Shown here: positions 32,167 to 42,815 of the stretch, one piece after another
How positions within the stretch are numbered: position 1 is the stretch's first letter
Layout: every line of letters starts with the position of its first letter
Source: a virus
Direction: 5' to 3' (one strand)
Length of the DNA stretch: 64,000 nt
IMG/VR virus record: IMGVR_UViG_3300045912_000129
Coordinates: 1,653-65,652 of that record
Position numbers and translations under genes: made by a program
Notes under the pieces: generated by a model
Seen by the model: the letters and a program-made list of their open reading frames with translations, nothing else
Told to the model about the DNA's origin: nothing
The model's database searches: none

Positions 32167-33681
32167 TTATATAATTATAGAGTTTATAGTAATAGATGGT
32201 TGAATTAAATAGTTTATTGTTCCAGATGTTCCTGTTGTAGCTTTAACATTATAAACAAGTATATTACCAGAATACAACGTAGTATTGTTTTTAATAGAAG
32301 GTTGTGTCTCAGCAATGATTGTAAAATTATCAAACATAGCTCCATCGTCATTTGCTATAATATTATCATACATACCAATTTCTATTACTCCTCTGTTTAA
32401 ACTATAACCAAAATGATTTTTAACTCTACCAGTAATAACAGTTTGTTTTCCATTTAAATTATTTATAACTACTGGTTGATTACTATTGTAATTATTAATA
32501 TTTAAATCAAATCTTACATTCATTTTCTTAGCTAGTAAAACAATAGTAGAAGGAGCAATGCTAGTTTGAGATCCATTTGGTAAAAGATTAGCATTTATCT
32601 TAATATTACCTTGTATTTCACAATCTGTATCTAGGTTTTTATAAATCAAATTAGGAATGTTAGCATTGTTAATTGTAATATTAACTCTTGCATTAGATTC
32701 TTCACACGTAATCATTGCGTGAGTGTAAAACTGGTTAGTTTTTTTGTTTACATAATTATCAATAGTGCCAGTTATAGTATAATAAAGAGCTTCTGATGAT
32801 ATATGAACTCCTCCAAAAAAAGAATCAGCAGCTTCCATGTCAAGATTACCAATTTTAAATAAAACAGTGCTGGTATTAAAACTGGTATTATTTAAAGTAT
32901 CAAAGTACAGAAAATAACTAGGTTTAGATGCTAAAGCTTTAGCTGGTCTGTGTATCCAATTTTTAACATCTATAATTAAAGTTTTATTGCTGTTAGGAGA
33001 AGTATTTTTTAATACATGAATATAACTTCCAATAAAAGTTGATAGCTGTTCATCAATAATGATAGATTGACATTCTTTAGTTTGTAATCTAACATTATTT
33101 AAAAGTAAAGATCTACATTTAATATTATTAAGACCTATTGGTACATTACATATATTGTTACCAGTATTTCCAATAATCTTTAAGTCACCTTGTCCTAATA
33201 TTCTACCAGGGCCTTGTAATACATTACAACTAGGATTAGTACTAATTACTGTAACTACAGTACCAGGCATTAAATATAGATCTACATCATTAGCTACTAA
33301 CCTTTCATTTAACGTATAATTAATAGTATATTCTCCAGGCCATACTACAACTGTTTGACCAATTGATCCGGCGTTAACAGCTGCTTCTATAGTTTCCCAA
33401 GGTTGATGCAAGTGTCCTACAACAGCTGTAGAATCATCACCATTTGTCATTACAAACAGTGTATTATCTATATTAATAGGATTAATAATGCTATTAATAA
33501 GAGTGTTTACATCTTCCCAATAAACATCATAATCAGCATCGGTAAGCTTTGTTAAAACTTGTCCTTGATTACCTCCAGGAGGTAATAATCCTAATCGTGT
33601 AGAATTATCTAAATGTATATGAGAAGTTTTACCATTAGTAGTAAATCTTCTATCTAAAAATATCTTTGGTGGTCTTGTCAT
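32167..33681 (-). CDS. Tail spike with parallel beta-helix (depolymerase-like)
   Basis: 504 aa. GDDSTAVVGHLHQPWETIEAAVNA...VVVWPGEY is a typical beta-helix cap, and LPPGGNQGQVLTK is a fibre-like linker. Confidence 0.6.
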   Translation of the reverse strand: MTRPPKIFLDRRFTTNGKTSHIHLDNSTRLGLLPPGGNQGQVLTKLTDADYDVYWEDVNTLINSIINPINIDNTLFVMTNGDDSTAVVGHLHQPWETIEAAVNAGSIGQTVVVWPGEYTINYTLNERLVANDVDLYLMPGTVVTVISTNPSCNVLQGPGRILGQGDLKIIGNTGNNICNVPIGLNNIKCRSLLLNNVRLQTKECQSIIIDEQLSTFIGSYIHVLKNTSPNSNKTLIIDVKNWIHRPAKALASKPSYFLYFDTLNNTSFNTSTVLFKIGNLDMEAADSFFGGVHISSEALYYTITGTIDNYVNKKTNQFYTHAMITCEESNARVNITINNANIPNLIYKNLDTDCEIQGNIKINANLLPNGSQTSIAPSTIVLLAKKMNVRFDLNINNYNSNQPVVINNLNGKQTVITGRVKNHFGYSLNRGVIEIGMYDNIIANDDGAMFDNFTIIAETQPSIKNNTTLYSGNILVYNVKATTGTSGTINYLIQPSITINSIII

Positions 33682-33908
33682 GTGCAGTCTCTACATATAT
33701 TGTTATAAGTACTAATTAGCTTTCTTAAAAACTTATTACGGTCATCAATAAATGTCCCATGAACATCGCATTCGTTGATATAATCTTCTACTAAAGAAAA
33801 TACATAAGCATCCTCAATGTCTTTTCTTAACTGTTCAATATCACACTTATAACCGTAAATAATTCTTTTAGCGTATATAGCTAATAGTTTTACATAATAG
33901 CATTTCAT
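33678..33908 (-). CDS. Small Cys-containing structural protein (tail hub-associated?)
   Basis: 76 aa from the ATG at 33908, which overlaps the upstream TGA. Confidence 0.45.
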   Translation of the reverse strand: MKCYYVKLLAIYAKRIIYGYKCDIEQLRKDIEDAYVFSLVEDYINECDVHGTFIDDRNKFLRKLISTYNNICRDCT

Positions 33909-34891
33909 CCACAACCACAATTCTTAGTACCCATTCGATTATTATTTGGTTTTATTCTATTTTGAAATAACGGAGCTGTTGTTTCTCCATTACAATTACA
34001 ATCCTCATAAGGGTCAATACAAGCTTGATTACTTAATTTCATGTACATTAGTTCGTATAAAGCACATTTATCTTCATAAGTAATATTTTCACACTCATTA
34101 GAATATTTAAGAGCGTCATAATAGTTAAATATATCAGAGTTTCTACACTGTACTAACTTATCTATAATATCACATCTTATTGAGCATTCTACAAAATATG
34201 ATCTTTGTAAGCAATTAGTAGAATTGTTTCTTACCTCACAAATTATAATATTGTACACACCTGCTTCTAAAATTGGTTTATTAAATAAACTATTTAATGA
34301 TAACTCATCATTAGTTAAATCAGTTATTACAATATTAGAAGGTAGTGGTGGATAGTTTACACTTACTAAAGTAGATGTCATTGGACAGTAATTAAACGGC
34401 ATAGTGATAGTTGTATTTAAAGTATAAATAAAACCATCAACATGTGTTATTTTAATTTGTAAAGTATGTGTTGTAAAAATAGGATTATTAATATTTGGAG
34501 TTGGAACATTTTGCTCTACAAATGTAATTTTAAAACCATTTGGAATAGCAGTTTTTGTTATAGGATTATACCCACCATTATTATAATTGACATGAGTTTG
34601 AGAAACAAAACTATTATTAATACCTGTTATGTCTAAAGAATATGTTAAAGTATTATTTAAAGTGTCATATAAACAGTTTGAAATGCTTACTTGAAAAACA
34701 TATCTAACAGGTAGTAATACAGTTTGAGGTGTACAACAGTTTATAGAATACTCAATTGAATAATGCCTAATATTACTAACTGGATAAGGTGTAGGTAAAC
34801 TCTTAACATAATCAATATACTGGTTGTTTTGTACAGGTGTTGTTATTACAGCGTTTTCACAGTCAGTAGTATTATAATTTATATAAAACAT
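33905..34891 (-). CDS. Tail hub / fibre-docking-like protein, Cys-rich C-terminus
   Basis: Start revised to MFYINY at 34891. Ends CNCNG...KNCGCG. Its position after the capsid genes matches crAss-like phages. Confidence 0.5.
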   Translation of the reverse strand: MFYINYNTTDCENAVITTPVQNNQYIDYVKSLPTPYPVSNIRHYSIEYSINCCTPQTVLLPVRYVFQVSISNCLYDTLNNTLTYSLDITGINNSFVSQTHVNYNNGGYNPITKTAIPNGFKITFVEQNVPTPNINNPIFTTHTLQIKITHVDGFIYTLNTTITMPFNYCPMTSTLVSVNYPPLPSNIVITDLTNDELSLNSLFNKPILEAGVYNIIICEVRNNSTNCLQRSYFVECSIRCDIIDKLVQCRNSDIFNYYDALKYSNECENITYEDKCALYELMYMKLSNQACIDPYEDCNCNGETTAPLFQNRIKPNNNRMGTKNCGCG

Positions 34892-34907
34892 AAGCAATAT
34901 TTTAAAT

Positions 34908-34948
34908 AAAAAAAGGAGAGCTAGTAGCAATTTGCCACTGCCCTCCTT
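34908..34948 (-). terminator. Intrinsic terminator after the capsid genes
   Basis: Minus strand AAGGAGGGCAGTGGC-AAATT-GCTACTAGCTCTCCTT followed by a T-tract. Confidence 0.75.
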
Positions 34949-34952
34949 AATA

Positions 34953-36293
34953 TTAAATGCTTAATGTAGGATTACCTAAATTATTGTTAGTATTGAAAGC
35001 ATTCAAGATAGATTGAATGTAAGTTTTTTGAGGATTAGGCGCACCAGTAAAATAAGGTGTAGTAGGATCTTGGAATGAAACAACTGCAATAACCGTAGTA
35101 TGAGGTGTATAGCTAGGCATACCAGAAGTAGCTACTCTATGATGGCAATGTTCAATGAAAAAACAATCATAAGTTGCGTCAGGTAAAAGTTCATTAGGAT
35201 AACGAACACTATAAGACATATAAGGTCTAGGACGCTTAACAGAATTGTAATCTTCATTGTTTTCATACATAATACGTACTTGATGATATTGACCAGCTCC
35301 TTCATCAGCAGGTTGTACTTCTATATTACGAGCATTACCAAATCCTTTTAAAAGACCTACAGTAATTCTAGTTTTAGTGTTTATACGATAATCATAAAAA
35401 CCTTTAACTTCATCAAGAGACATTACTGCAAAATGATCAGCACCACCTGCTACAGTACCTGCTATTTGAACAGTAAGAGGAATGTTAACTGAACCTGGAA
35501 GAGCATAAGGACGGAGTTCAGCTGTAGCTGGTAAAGTAGTTGCTAATGTTGCAATTGCTTTTAGCATATCCTTATCTAAAGTGATACGAATCACATCGCC
35601 TTTAAGAGTATAACCAATAACAATTGTTGAACCTGCAGGAAGAGATGCAATAGATGAAATTGTTGGACCTGTAGTACCAGCACCTGTAGAATTTATAGCA
35701 AAAGCTACTGCTTTAAAATTAGATTGAGCATTAAAATCACTTACTAAAGAGCATACTGTAATATCAAGTTGCTGAATAGGAGTATAAGTAGTAGTAGTCC
35801 AATCAGGAGCCGTATAATGAGCAAAGCTTGTTGGATGATTGTAAACTGAATTATACCAATCTACTCTATCTCCGTGAGCTGTTACTTGAAAACGATAAGT
35901 TTGCTCAGGTACAATAGGAATTTGAGTAGCAGAGGATAAAGGACCACCTACTAAATGTAAATTATTAGCAGGAGTACGTGCAGCTCTACCTGAAATAGTA
36001 ACGCCTTGTAAACAATTAGCATTAATAACTTGAGACTCTTCAAAAATTCTTTCAGCTAAAGGAGAACGATCATTAGCAGTATTACGACGCATAATGACTT
36101 TAAGAGTCTTAGTATTAAGACCAGTAGCTTCAATAGGGTCACCAGAGTTGGCTACAGGAACATAAAAACCAAAAGAAGAAACAGGAAGATTAATTGCGTC
36201 TGTAGTTAAGTTATACAAAAGACTGGAAGGTGTTACTGGCGTAGCATTAGGCTTAGGCACAATAACCTTTAACATTGAGTGTTTATCAAACAT
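34953..36293 (-). CDS. Auxiliary capsid protein (crAss-like)
   Basis: 446 aa with an EGAGQYHQV...ATYDCFFIEH pattern. Lies three genes downstream of the MCP. Confidence 0.6.
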   Translation of the reverse strand: MFDKHSMLKVIVPKPNATPVTPSSLLYNLTTDAINLPVSSFGFYVPVANSGDPIEATGLNTKTLKVIMRRNTANDRSPLAERIFEESQVINANCLQGVTISGRAARTPANNLHLVGGPLSSATQIPIVPEQTYRFQVTAHGDRVDWYNSVYNHPTSFAHYTAPDWTTTTYTPIQQLDITVCSLVSDFNAQSNFKAVAFAINSTGAGTTGPTISSIASLPAGSTIVIGYTLKGDVIRITLDKDMLKAIATLATTLPATAELRPYALPGSVNIPLTVQIAGTVAGGADHFAVMSLDEVKGFYDYRINTKTRITVGLLKGFGNARNIEVQPADEGAGQYHQVRIMYENNEDYNSVKRPRPYMSYSVRYPNELLPDATYDCFFIEHCHHRVATSGMPSYTPHTTVIAVVSFQDPTTPYFTGAPNPQKTYIQSILNAFNTNNNLGNPTLSI

Positions 36294-36304
36294 AATAAAT
36301 AAAT

Positions 36305-37174
36305 TTAAAGTGTGTAATCATCTAAGACTTTCTTTCCATTTATTTGTACTCCAAACTGATCTTGTATATCTTGACTAGCTAAATTAACAGCTATTTTAAT
36401 TATTTCATCATGAAAAGCATCATCAAGATCACAATGTATAGGTTCTGAAAGACTTGTAGAATGTTTATCAATGTGATTATAACCACCTATAAACACTCTA
36501 TTAGGTCTTTTAATATAGTTTACGAGTACTTCGACTATTTCATACTCTTGAACACCCAATTTATTTGTGGTGTCGAAATAAATTGACTTTAAATCATCAT
36601 TTATATACTTTTCATTATTACCACTACCTGTAGTTAAATCAAGAGTATAATCTCTACTATCTTGATTTAAGCCATTAATTAAAGTAGTAGTTGGTATTGT
36701 AGATTTACCTAAATTAGCGTGTATTCTATTCCAAGTCCAACTAGGACAATTGTACCAAGTTTTATTATCATCTATTTGCCAAGTAATAGTGTCAATAGTT
36801 TTAGTACAATTACCTTTTCTAATTCGTACTTTGATAGATGTATAAAACATGTATCTAAAGTATTGACCGTTAATATTGTTACCTAAATCATTAAGTCTTA
36901 ATTCGTATAAACCATTACCTAGATTTAGAGGTATCACAGGAGGTTGTAATTCTGGGCATTTAATATGTAAATTAGCTAATTCTTCAATTCGCTTAGTATC
37001 ACTTTCAAAACCTTTTTTTATTTGATCATTCCAATTATAACGTTGTTTAACAAACTGACTAATAGCTTTATTCAGATATTCATCAACTTCCCATGGCATT
37101 AAATCAGGTCTATCATTAGAAGCAACTCTATCTAATTCTAAGTAAAAGTTATAGTGCATTTGGTCAATACGCAT
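36305..37174 (-). CDS. Head-tail ring protein (crAss-like)
   Basis: MRIDQMHYNFYLELDRVASNDRPDLMPWEVDEYLNKA N-terminus and YIKRP motif, characteristic of the family. Confidence 0.7.
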   Translation of the reverse strand: MRIDQMHYNFYLELDRVASNDRPDLMPWEVDEYLNKAISQFVKQRYNWNDQIKKGFESDTKRIEELANLHIKCPELQPPVIPLNLGNGLYELRLNDLGNNINGQYFRYMFYTSIKVRIRKGNCTKTIDTITWQIDDNKTWYNCPSWTWNRIHANLGKSTIPTTTLINGLNQDSRDYTLDLTTGSGNNEKYINDDLKSIYFDTTNKLGVQEYEIVEVLVNYIKRPNRVFIGGYNHIDKHSTSLSEPIHCDLDDAFHDEIIKIAVNLASQDIQDQFGVQINGKKVLDDYTL

Positions 37175-37181
37175 ATACTAT

Positions 37182-38288
37182 TTACTTTTTAACTTTATCA
37201 TAGTAAACGCTTTTTAATGATTCTACAGCATCTTGATAATAAGGAGATAATAAGAAATCATTAATAAAGCTTGTTTTACTATTAAAAGCAAAGGTTTGAC
37301 TAACTTGACCAGCTACAGAAGGAGATATATAATTGTAACGTCCGTTTCTATAAAATACAATACCTGCTTTCATATAATCATACAAATCAGCAGAAGCAAT
37401 TACTTCAGCTCGTTCAGCTGGATTTTTCCATTTTTCATAAGTAAAAATAAAAGCATTATAACAATCTTCATTTGTCTTATAATAATTAGATAAGACGTTA
37501 ACAAGTTTATTAATTAAGCGTTTTTTATTAATATCAGTCACTTGTTCATTAGCTTCGTCTAATTCAAGAGATTTAGCTACCATAATAACAGCATCTGTAT
37601 AATTCTCTTTAAGATCATGTAGAGCAGCTGCTGCTTTAAGCTCACGCTCATTACGAGTAAGCTTGATAGTTTCTTTTTCATCTTCATCCACAATGTACCA
37701 TTCAGCGTCAATGTTACCACCATCTTCTAATTCAGCTAAAGAATTAGCTACTTGAGGATGAGCGCGTAATATATAGTACCATAGTTCATGTAGAGGATTA
37801 TTCAAATCCAGAAAAGTAGTGCCATCTCCTAAAACCGGTTTAGATTCTGCTTTTTCAAAAAACAATTTATCTTCTTTATTAGAAGCAATTGGTTCCATAG
37901 GTATTTTACTAGTATAATAATCAAAAGGTACACCGTGTTTGTACTCAAGAATATGCTGTCTTTTAACAAAAGGTTTACCAGCTAAAATTCGATGTGCCCA
38001 TTCTACTTTATAATTACCTTGACCGTCATCACCATCTTTGTAAGGATTAGGAACAATTTCATCTAATCCTGTTTCGATAAGACCACTAGGTAATCTTCTA
38101 GGACAAATTGTAGTTTTAGTACCAGGTACTCTTGTTAAAAATTCTACATCATCTAGTGTAGTAACCACTTTACCTGTAGCAGGATTAATAACAGGTTTAC
38201 CATTTGCAATTTTAGGAGTTTTAAGTTTAAACTTTTGCTTTGCTTTCTTATAAGGATTCGTTTCAATTTTAATATATCTTTGTTCCAT
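37182..38288 (-). CDS. Conserved crAss-like capsid/portal-vertex accessory protein
   Basis: FLDLNNPLHELWYYIL...VANS...AEWYIVDED motif, immediately downstream of the MCP. Confidence 0.6.
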   Translation of the reverse strand: MEQRYIKIETNPYKKAKQKFKLKTPKIANGKPVINPATGKVVTTLDDVEFLTRVPGTKTTICPRRLPSGLIETGLDEIVPNPYKDGDDGQGNYKVEWAHRILAGKPFVKRQHILEYKHGVPFDYYTSKIPMEPIASNKEDKLFFEKAESKPVLGDGTTFLDLNNPLHELWYYILRAHPQVANSLAELEDGGNIDAEWYIVDEDEKETIKLTRNERELKAAAALHDLKENYTDAVIMVAKSLELDEANEQVTDINKKRLINKLVNVLSNYYKTNEDCYNAFIFTYEKWKNPAERAEVIASADLYDYMKAGIVFYRNGRYNYISPSVAGQVSQTFAFNSKTSFINDFLLSPYYQDAVESLKSVYYDKVKK

Positions 38289-38321
38289 AGTTAGTTAAGT
38301 TAGTTTATTTAGTTTAAAAGA

Positions 38322-39941
38322 TTATTGATACAATGAACGAGATAAGAATATAGAACCACAACGAGTTACGTCAACTACCATCAAACCGGCATTTTTTTCA
38401 ATTAAACGAGTGTAACCAGAAATACCTCCAGCAACACCTAAACCACCATCAGTAATGGGAAGACCTGATTTACCATCATGAGCATAATATTTACCATTGT
38501 AGGTAATATTATAGTCACAATAAGTTTCAGCAACCATACAAATATTATCTGTAGTAGAACCAGTACCTTGTTGTTTAGAATAACCAAAATCTAGAATATC
38601 AGCTCTCCATGAATCAATAGGTACGTTAGTTTTGACAGGGTGCATTTGAGGACAGAAATTAGCATTGTCATAAGCAGGATTTTCCATTACAGAAATATCA
38701 ACAGAAAAACCTTTATAGTGAGCAAAATATGAACCATAATCTAAGTGACGGAAATCTTCACCTTTACGGATAAATAAAGTATCAAGAGTGACAAATGAAC
38801 GTGAATCAAGTTTAATCATTCTATCAAACATTTTGCGGAACTCACGACCAGCTGCTAATACAATTTTTTGTTCACCTTCAGAAATTTTATCTTTCATAAT
38901 GCTATCAAACCAATCTTCTAGTTCTTCTAGTGTTAAGTTACCATTGTGCTGTAAAGTCCAACCAGATTCTAGTTGTTCACGCAAACCAGAAGAAGTAAGC
39001 ATTTGATGACCTTCAGGTGAATACAATGAACTTGATTGTTTACCAAACATCAAGGTGTTTTCAACATTACTATAAAGAGTATTCATTGCTTCAGCATCAA
39101 GCAATGCCATAAAACGAGAAAGAGGCTTACCTTCAACTTGATCTTCATAACGTACCCATAATTGACGTAAATATTTACCATATTCATCGTCAGAAAAATC
39201 ACCACGATCAGCTGCTTGTTTAGCACGACGAGCAGCTTTATCACTAACTTCTATTTTAACAGAGTGTTGTTGGGTTTGACCTTCAGATTCAAAAATAGAA
39301 TAAAATTGAAAACCACCACCATCTACGTTGTCTTCAGTTGCAACCAAAGATGATACCTTCATCCATTCACGATTTAATTGAATAAATTGAGCTGGTAAAT
39401 AAGCATTAGGATTATCAGTAATCATTCTCAACGTATAACGATAAGCGTTAGGACCAATTTGACGATTAGTACGAGAGAATGCACCGTTTGAACCAGAGTG
39501 GGGTTCTACGCGGAAACGATATTCATTAGATTGAGGTTGAATAATATCAGATACAGAAAACCAAGGTTTGTCTACAACGATATCAAAAGTTTGTAAGTTA
39601 AGACCAGGTTTAGGATCAGTACATACTACTTGAGTAATACGAGCACGTTGATCATTACCACCGGATAATTCCCAACGAAAACCTTGCCGATCAATTAATT
39701 TAAGTTTACCTTTAGCTTCGGTCATACCTACTAAAGGTTTACCATAATATTTGTTTGTAGCTGCGAAAATTTGAGCATAACCCATATTAAGTGTAGCTAA
39801 ATTCTCTGTACCAAAAGCTTCATGAATATGTTTACCTTTTACTTCACCGCTTACTAACAAACCGTCTGTAACAACAGTTTGACGTGGGCCACGGTTATAA
39901 TTAGCATAAGCTTTAGCATTATCAAATGTAACAGAAGCCAT
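38322..39941 (-). CDS. Major capsid protein (HK97 fold, crAss-like)
   Basis: 539 aa with VENTLMFGK...SSGLREQL. Position after portal/scaffold, and C/T-ending codon usage suggesting high expression. Confidence 0.85.
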   Translation of the reverse strand: MASVTFDNAKAYANYNRGPRQTVVTDGLLVSGEVKGKHIHEAFGTENLATLNMGYAQIFAATNKYYGKPLVGMTEAKGKLKLIDRQGFRWELSGGNDQRARITQVVCTDPKPGLNLQTFDIVVDKPWFSVSDIIQPQSNEYRFRVEPHSGSNGAFSRTNRQIGPNAYRYTLRMITDNPNAYLPAQFIQLNREWMKVSSLVATEDNVDGGGFQFYSIFESEGQTQQHSVKIEVSDKAARRAKQAADRGDFSDDEYGKYLRQLWVRYEDQVEGKPLSRFMALLDAEAMNTLYSNVENTLMFGKQSSSLYSPEGHQMLTSSGLREQLESGWTLQHNGNLTLEELEDWFDSIMKDKISEGEQKIVLAAGREFRKMFDRMIKLDSRSFVTLDTLFIRKGEDFRHLDYGSYFAHYKGFSVDISVMENPAYDNANFCPQMHPVKTNVPIDSWRADILDFGYSKQQGTGSTTDNICMVAETYCDYNITYNGKYYAHDGKSGLPITDGGLGVAGGISGYTRLIEKNAGLMVVDVTRCGSIFLSRSLYQ

Positions 39942-39975
39942 AATATAAATTAATTAATTTTAAAGTATTATTAGT

Positions 39976-41163
39976 TTACCATTTATTTAAATCAATACTA
40001 GGATTATTTTGTTTAGGTTTAAAACTAGTATATGTTGAATTACCTCTAGATGCTCCCTTACTTGCTGCAATTTGCATAATCTTTTGAGTAGCAATCTTAG
40101 AAGGTGTTTCTGATCTTTTAACAAATTCTAATGTATATTCATCAAAATCAGATAAAAAGTCCATAAGTTCTTGAGTATGTCTAGGAGATTCCCAAATTTT
40201 TTGCCACTTGTATTTCCAAAGTTCTATTTCAGTATTATCATCTAATTTAACAATATCAAACTGTCTAATAATTTTTTTGCGTTTCTCTTCAGATATATTT
40301 CTAGTATAAAGTATTTCTTTAAATTCTTGATTCCATTCATGTTGTTGACGAAGCTGTTCTAACTCTAAACGTTTAGCTTCTTCTTGTTTTTGTTTAATAT
40401 AAGCTGCTTGTTGTCTTTTAAATTCTCTAGCTTTTTCTATATAAAACTCTTTAGCTTTACTAGCTAATTCTAAATCTTCCATTTTATCAACAAGTTGTTG
40501 AATCTCTTCATCAATCTTGTCAAGTCTAACTTTATGAGCAGGATTATCAGGATCTAATCCTTCAGCAAGAAACATTCTAAGTAAATAAGTTCTTTGATCG
40601 GGATCTTCAAGATTGATATTTTCAAAAGATATTTCATCATCTATAGCTTGTTTAGCAAGTTGAACATCTTCGATAGTACCACCATTTAAAGCTAAATCTA
40701 ATAAATAAGCAACATGTTCATCACCTGCTGAAGCTCTAATATCATCTAAAGCTTTTTCATAAAGAATTTGTCTAGTATTAGATATTGCTTCTTGTAAACC
40801 TTCTTCACTTAATTCTACATTTTCTGGGAAATATAAAAGTTCTTGTTCTTTAATAAAATTGAAAGCTGCTTCATAAACCTTAGTCTCAAACTCTTCAGGT
40901 CTAATTGTGATAGGTTGTTCATTAATATTGACTTGTTCTCTATTAACTTCTACTTGTTGAGGAGAATTTACTTGAGTTTTTGTTACATTATTTTCTTCAA
41001 GTATTTTATTAATATTAAACTTAGAAACATTTACTGATTCATTAGGTGTTTCTTGAACTGAATTATTATTATTAGAAACAACAGCAGATTGAATCTCAGA
41101 TTTAAGCTCATCAATATCAATACTCTGATATGTAACTTCTGGAATTATATTATCGTTTGTCAT
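39976..41163 (-). CDS. Acidic scaffolding-like protein
   Basis: 395 aa, E/Q-rich coiled coil, directly upstream of the MCP. Confidence 0.55.
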   Translation of the reverse strand: MTNDNIIPEVTYQSIDIDELKSEIQSAVVSNNNNSVQETPNESVNVSKFNINKILEENNVTKTQVNSPQQVEVNREQVNINEQPITIRPEEFETKVYEAAFNFIKEQELLYFPENVELSEEGLQEAISNTRQILYEKALDDIRASAGDEHVAYLLDLALNGGTIEDVQLAKQAIDDEISFENINLEDPDQRTYLLRMFLAEGLDPDNPAHKVRLDKIDEEIQQLVDKMEDLELASKAKEFYIEKAREFKRQQAAYIKQKQEEAKRLELEQLRQQHEWNQEFKEILYTRNISEEKRKKIIRQFDIVKLDDNTEIELWKYKWQKIWESPRHTQELMDFLSDFDEYTLEFVKRSETPSKIATQKIMQIAASKGASRGNSTYTSFKPKQNNPSIDLNKW

Positions 41164-41234
41164 GCAAATCTATATTTTGTTTAAATAAAAAATAATATAT
41201 AATTAATTAGTAGTTAGTTACTTTATGTAAGTTA

Positions 41235-42782
41235 TTAGCCTTTGTAACAAATACCGTCATAAACTAATTGTTTAACTGAAAGTAGCGATTTAGCTACAGC
41301 TATTGCATTGATTAATGAATCGCAAAGTACAGAACAAGGGTCATATACTTTATAATTATTAATTTTTTCTAGTTTATTGTTTCTTAAATCTAAAGCCTGT
41401 CCTTTAGATATTTTAGATCTATACTCTTCGTAATGATTAATCAAATCACTATTAATAAGTAATTGTTTAAAAGGTTCTTCGATCGCATCTAATACAGTAT
41501 TGTAAGCTTTGTTATTTGAAGGACTGTATAAATCGTTTTTAACATTAATAAAAGTATAACCACCTCCTACGCATACTCCTTCTTTTATTGCTGAATAAAC
41601 AGCAAGAACAGCATCATCTAATCTATCTTTTATTTCTTTCATTTCTAATTCTGTACGACCTCCTGCGTATATAACAGCTACTCCTCCTGTTAAGTTAGCT
41701 AACCGTTTACGTAACCATTTTCTTTCCATATTTGATAGACTCAATTCATCGTTATCAGCATCTTCTTGTAACTTATACTTTATTTCTTCTATAATTTGTT
41801 CAACTAACTCTGTATCTTGTCTTCCGTCAAGAATAGAAGTATATAATTCTTCTACAATAACTTCACCAGCAAAACCTAAATTATTAACATCTTTAGCAGT
41901 ACCATTATCTACAACCCATGCTCCTGTTAAAGCTGCTAAATCATTCATTAAAGCTATTTTTCTATCACCAAATCCGTCATTTTCTACAACACAAACAGAC
42001 GCTCTACTTAATTCTAAGTATTGCTTAAGAGCTTTAGTAGCCATTGTTGACATGTCATTACAGAATATTAAAAGGTTAGAACCTAAACAAGCTTTTAAAT
42101 AATACTCGATATCTGATAGAGCGTGAATTTCATCATTTAGAATTAGAATATTTACATTAGTAGCTCTGTAAACCATTTCTTTAGCGTCATTAACCATAAA
42201 ACCTTCTAACCAACCTCTATGTAATTTCATACCTGCAGTTTTAACTACTACAGTTTCATTTCTTGGTGAAGTTTTTACTTCTATATCTCCATATATACCA
42301 ATTTCTTTTATAATGTCATAAATGAACTCACCAATCTTTTCATCGTTAGCTGAAATAGAAGCTACTTCTTTTAATAGTTCAGTATTAGATTCAATACTTT
42401 TAGTATACTTAGTTTTAATAGTAGTAATAATATCATTAAGAGCTTTATCAAATTCTTTAGCTAATTGATAAAAAGAATAACCTTCAGCTAACAAATCAAA
42501 ACCTTTATTAATTAAGTATTGAGCCAAAATCATAGTTGTTGTAGTACCATCTCCTGAAGAAAGCATTGTTTTAACAGCTGCTTCTTTAAGAACTGTCATT
42601 ACCATTGCTTCATAGCTATCATTACTAGAAACATGTCTAGCTACAGAAACACCATCCTTAGTAATATGAGGTTTATTTTCTTCAGTATTATAAAGTACTG
42701 TTCTACCTTTAGCACCAAGAGTTAATTTAACTGTATTAGCTAGTTGATTAACAGCTTTTAAAATCAATTCAGTAGTTGTCAT
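41235..42782 (-). CDS. groEL: Phage-encoded group I chaperonin (GroEL-like)
   Basis: Motifs VKLTLGAKGR, ITKDGVSVA, GDGTTT, GFGDRK, RLANLTGGVAVI and KDRLDDAV...EGVCVGGG. No GGM tail. Confidence 0.92.
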   Translation of the reverse strand: MTTTELILKAVNQLANTVKLTLGAKGRTVLYNTEENKPHITKDGVSVARHVSSNDSYEAMVMTVLKEAAVKTMLSSGDGTTTTMILAQYLINKGFDLLAEGYSFYQLAKEFDKALNDIITTIKTKYTKSIESNTELLKEVASISANDEKIGEFIYDIIKEIGIYGDIEVKTSPRNETVVVKTAGMKLHRGWLEGFMVNDAKEMVYRATNVNILILNDEIHALSDIEYYLKACLGSNLLIFCNDMSTMATKALKQYLELSRASVCVVENDGFGDRKIALMNDLAALTGAWVVDNGTAKDVNNLGFAGEVIVEELYTSILDGRQDTELVEQIIEEIKYKLQEDADNDELSLSNMERKWLRKRLANLTGGVAVIYAGGRTELEMKEIKDRLDDAVLAVYSAIKEGVCVGGGYTFINVKNDLYSPSNNKAYNTVLDAIEEPFKQLLINSDLINHYEEYRSKISKGQALDLRNNKLEKINNYKVYDPCSVLCDSLINAIAVAKSLLSVKQLVYDGICYKG

Positions 42783-42815
42783 AGTTTAGTTAGTTTAGTT
42801 AGTTTAGTTAATTAA

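Noticed and set aside
41165-41172. Bacteroidetes -7 promoter element TAGATTTG on the minus strand
   Set aside because: It lies only 1 nt from the ATG at 41163, so the implied TSS would fall inside the ORF, and no convincing -33 element was checked.
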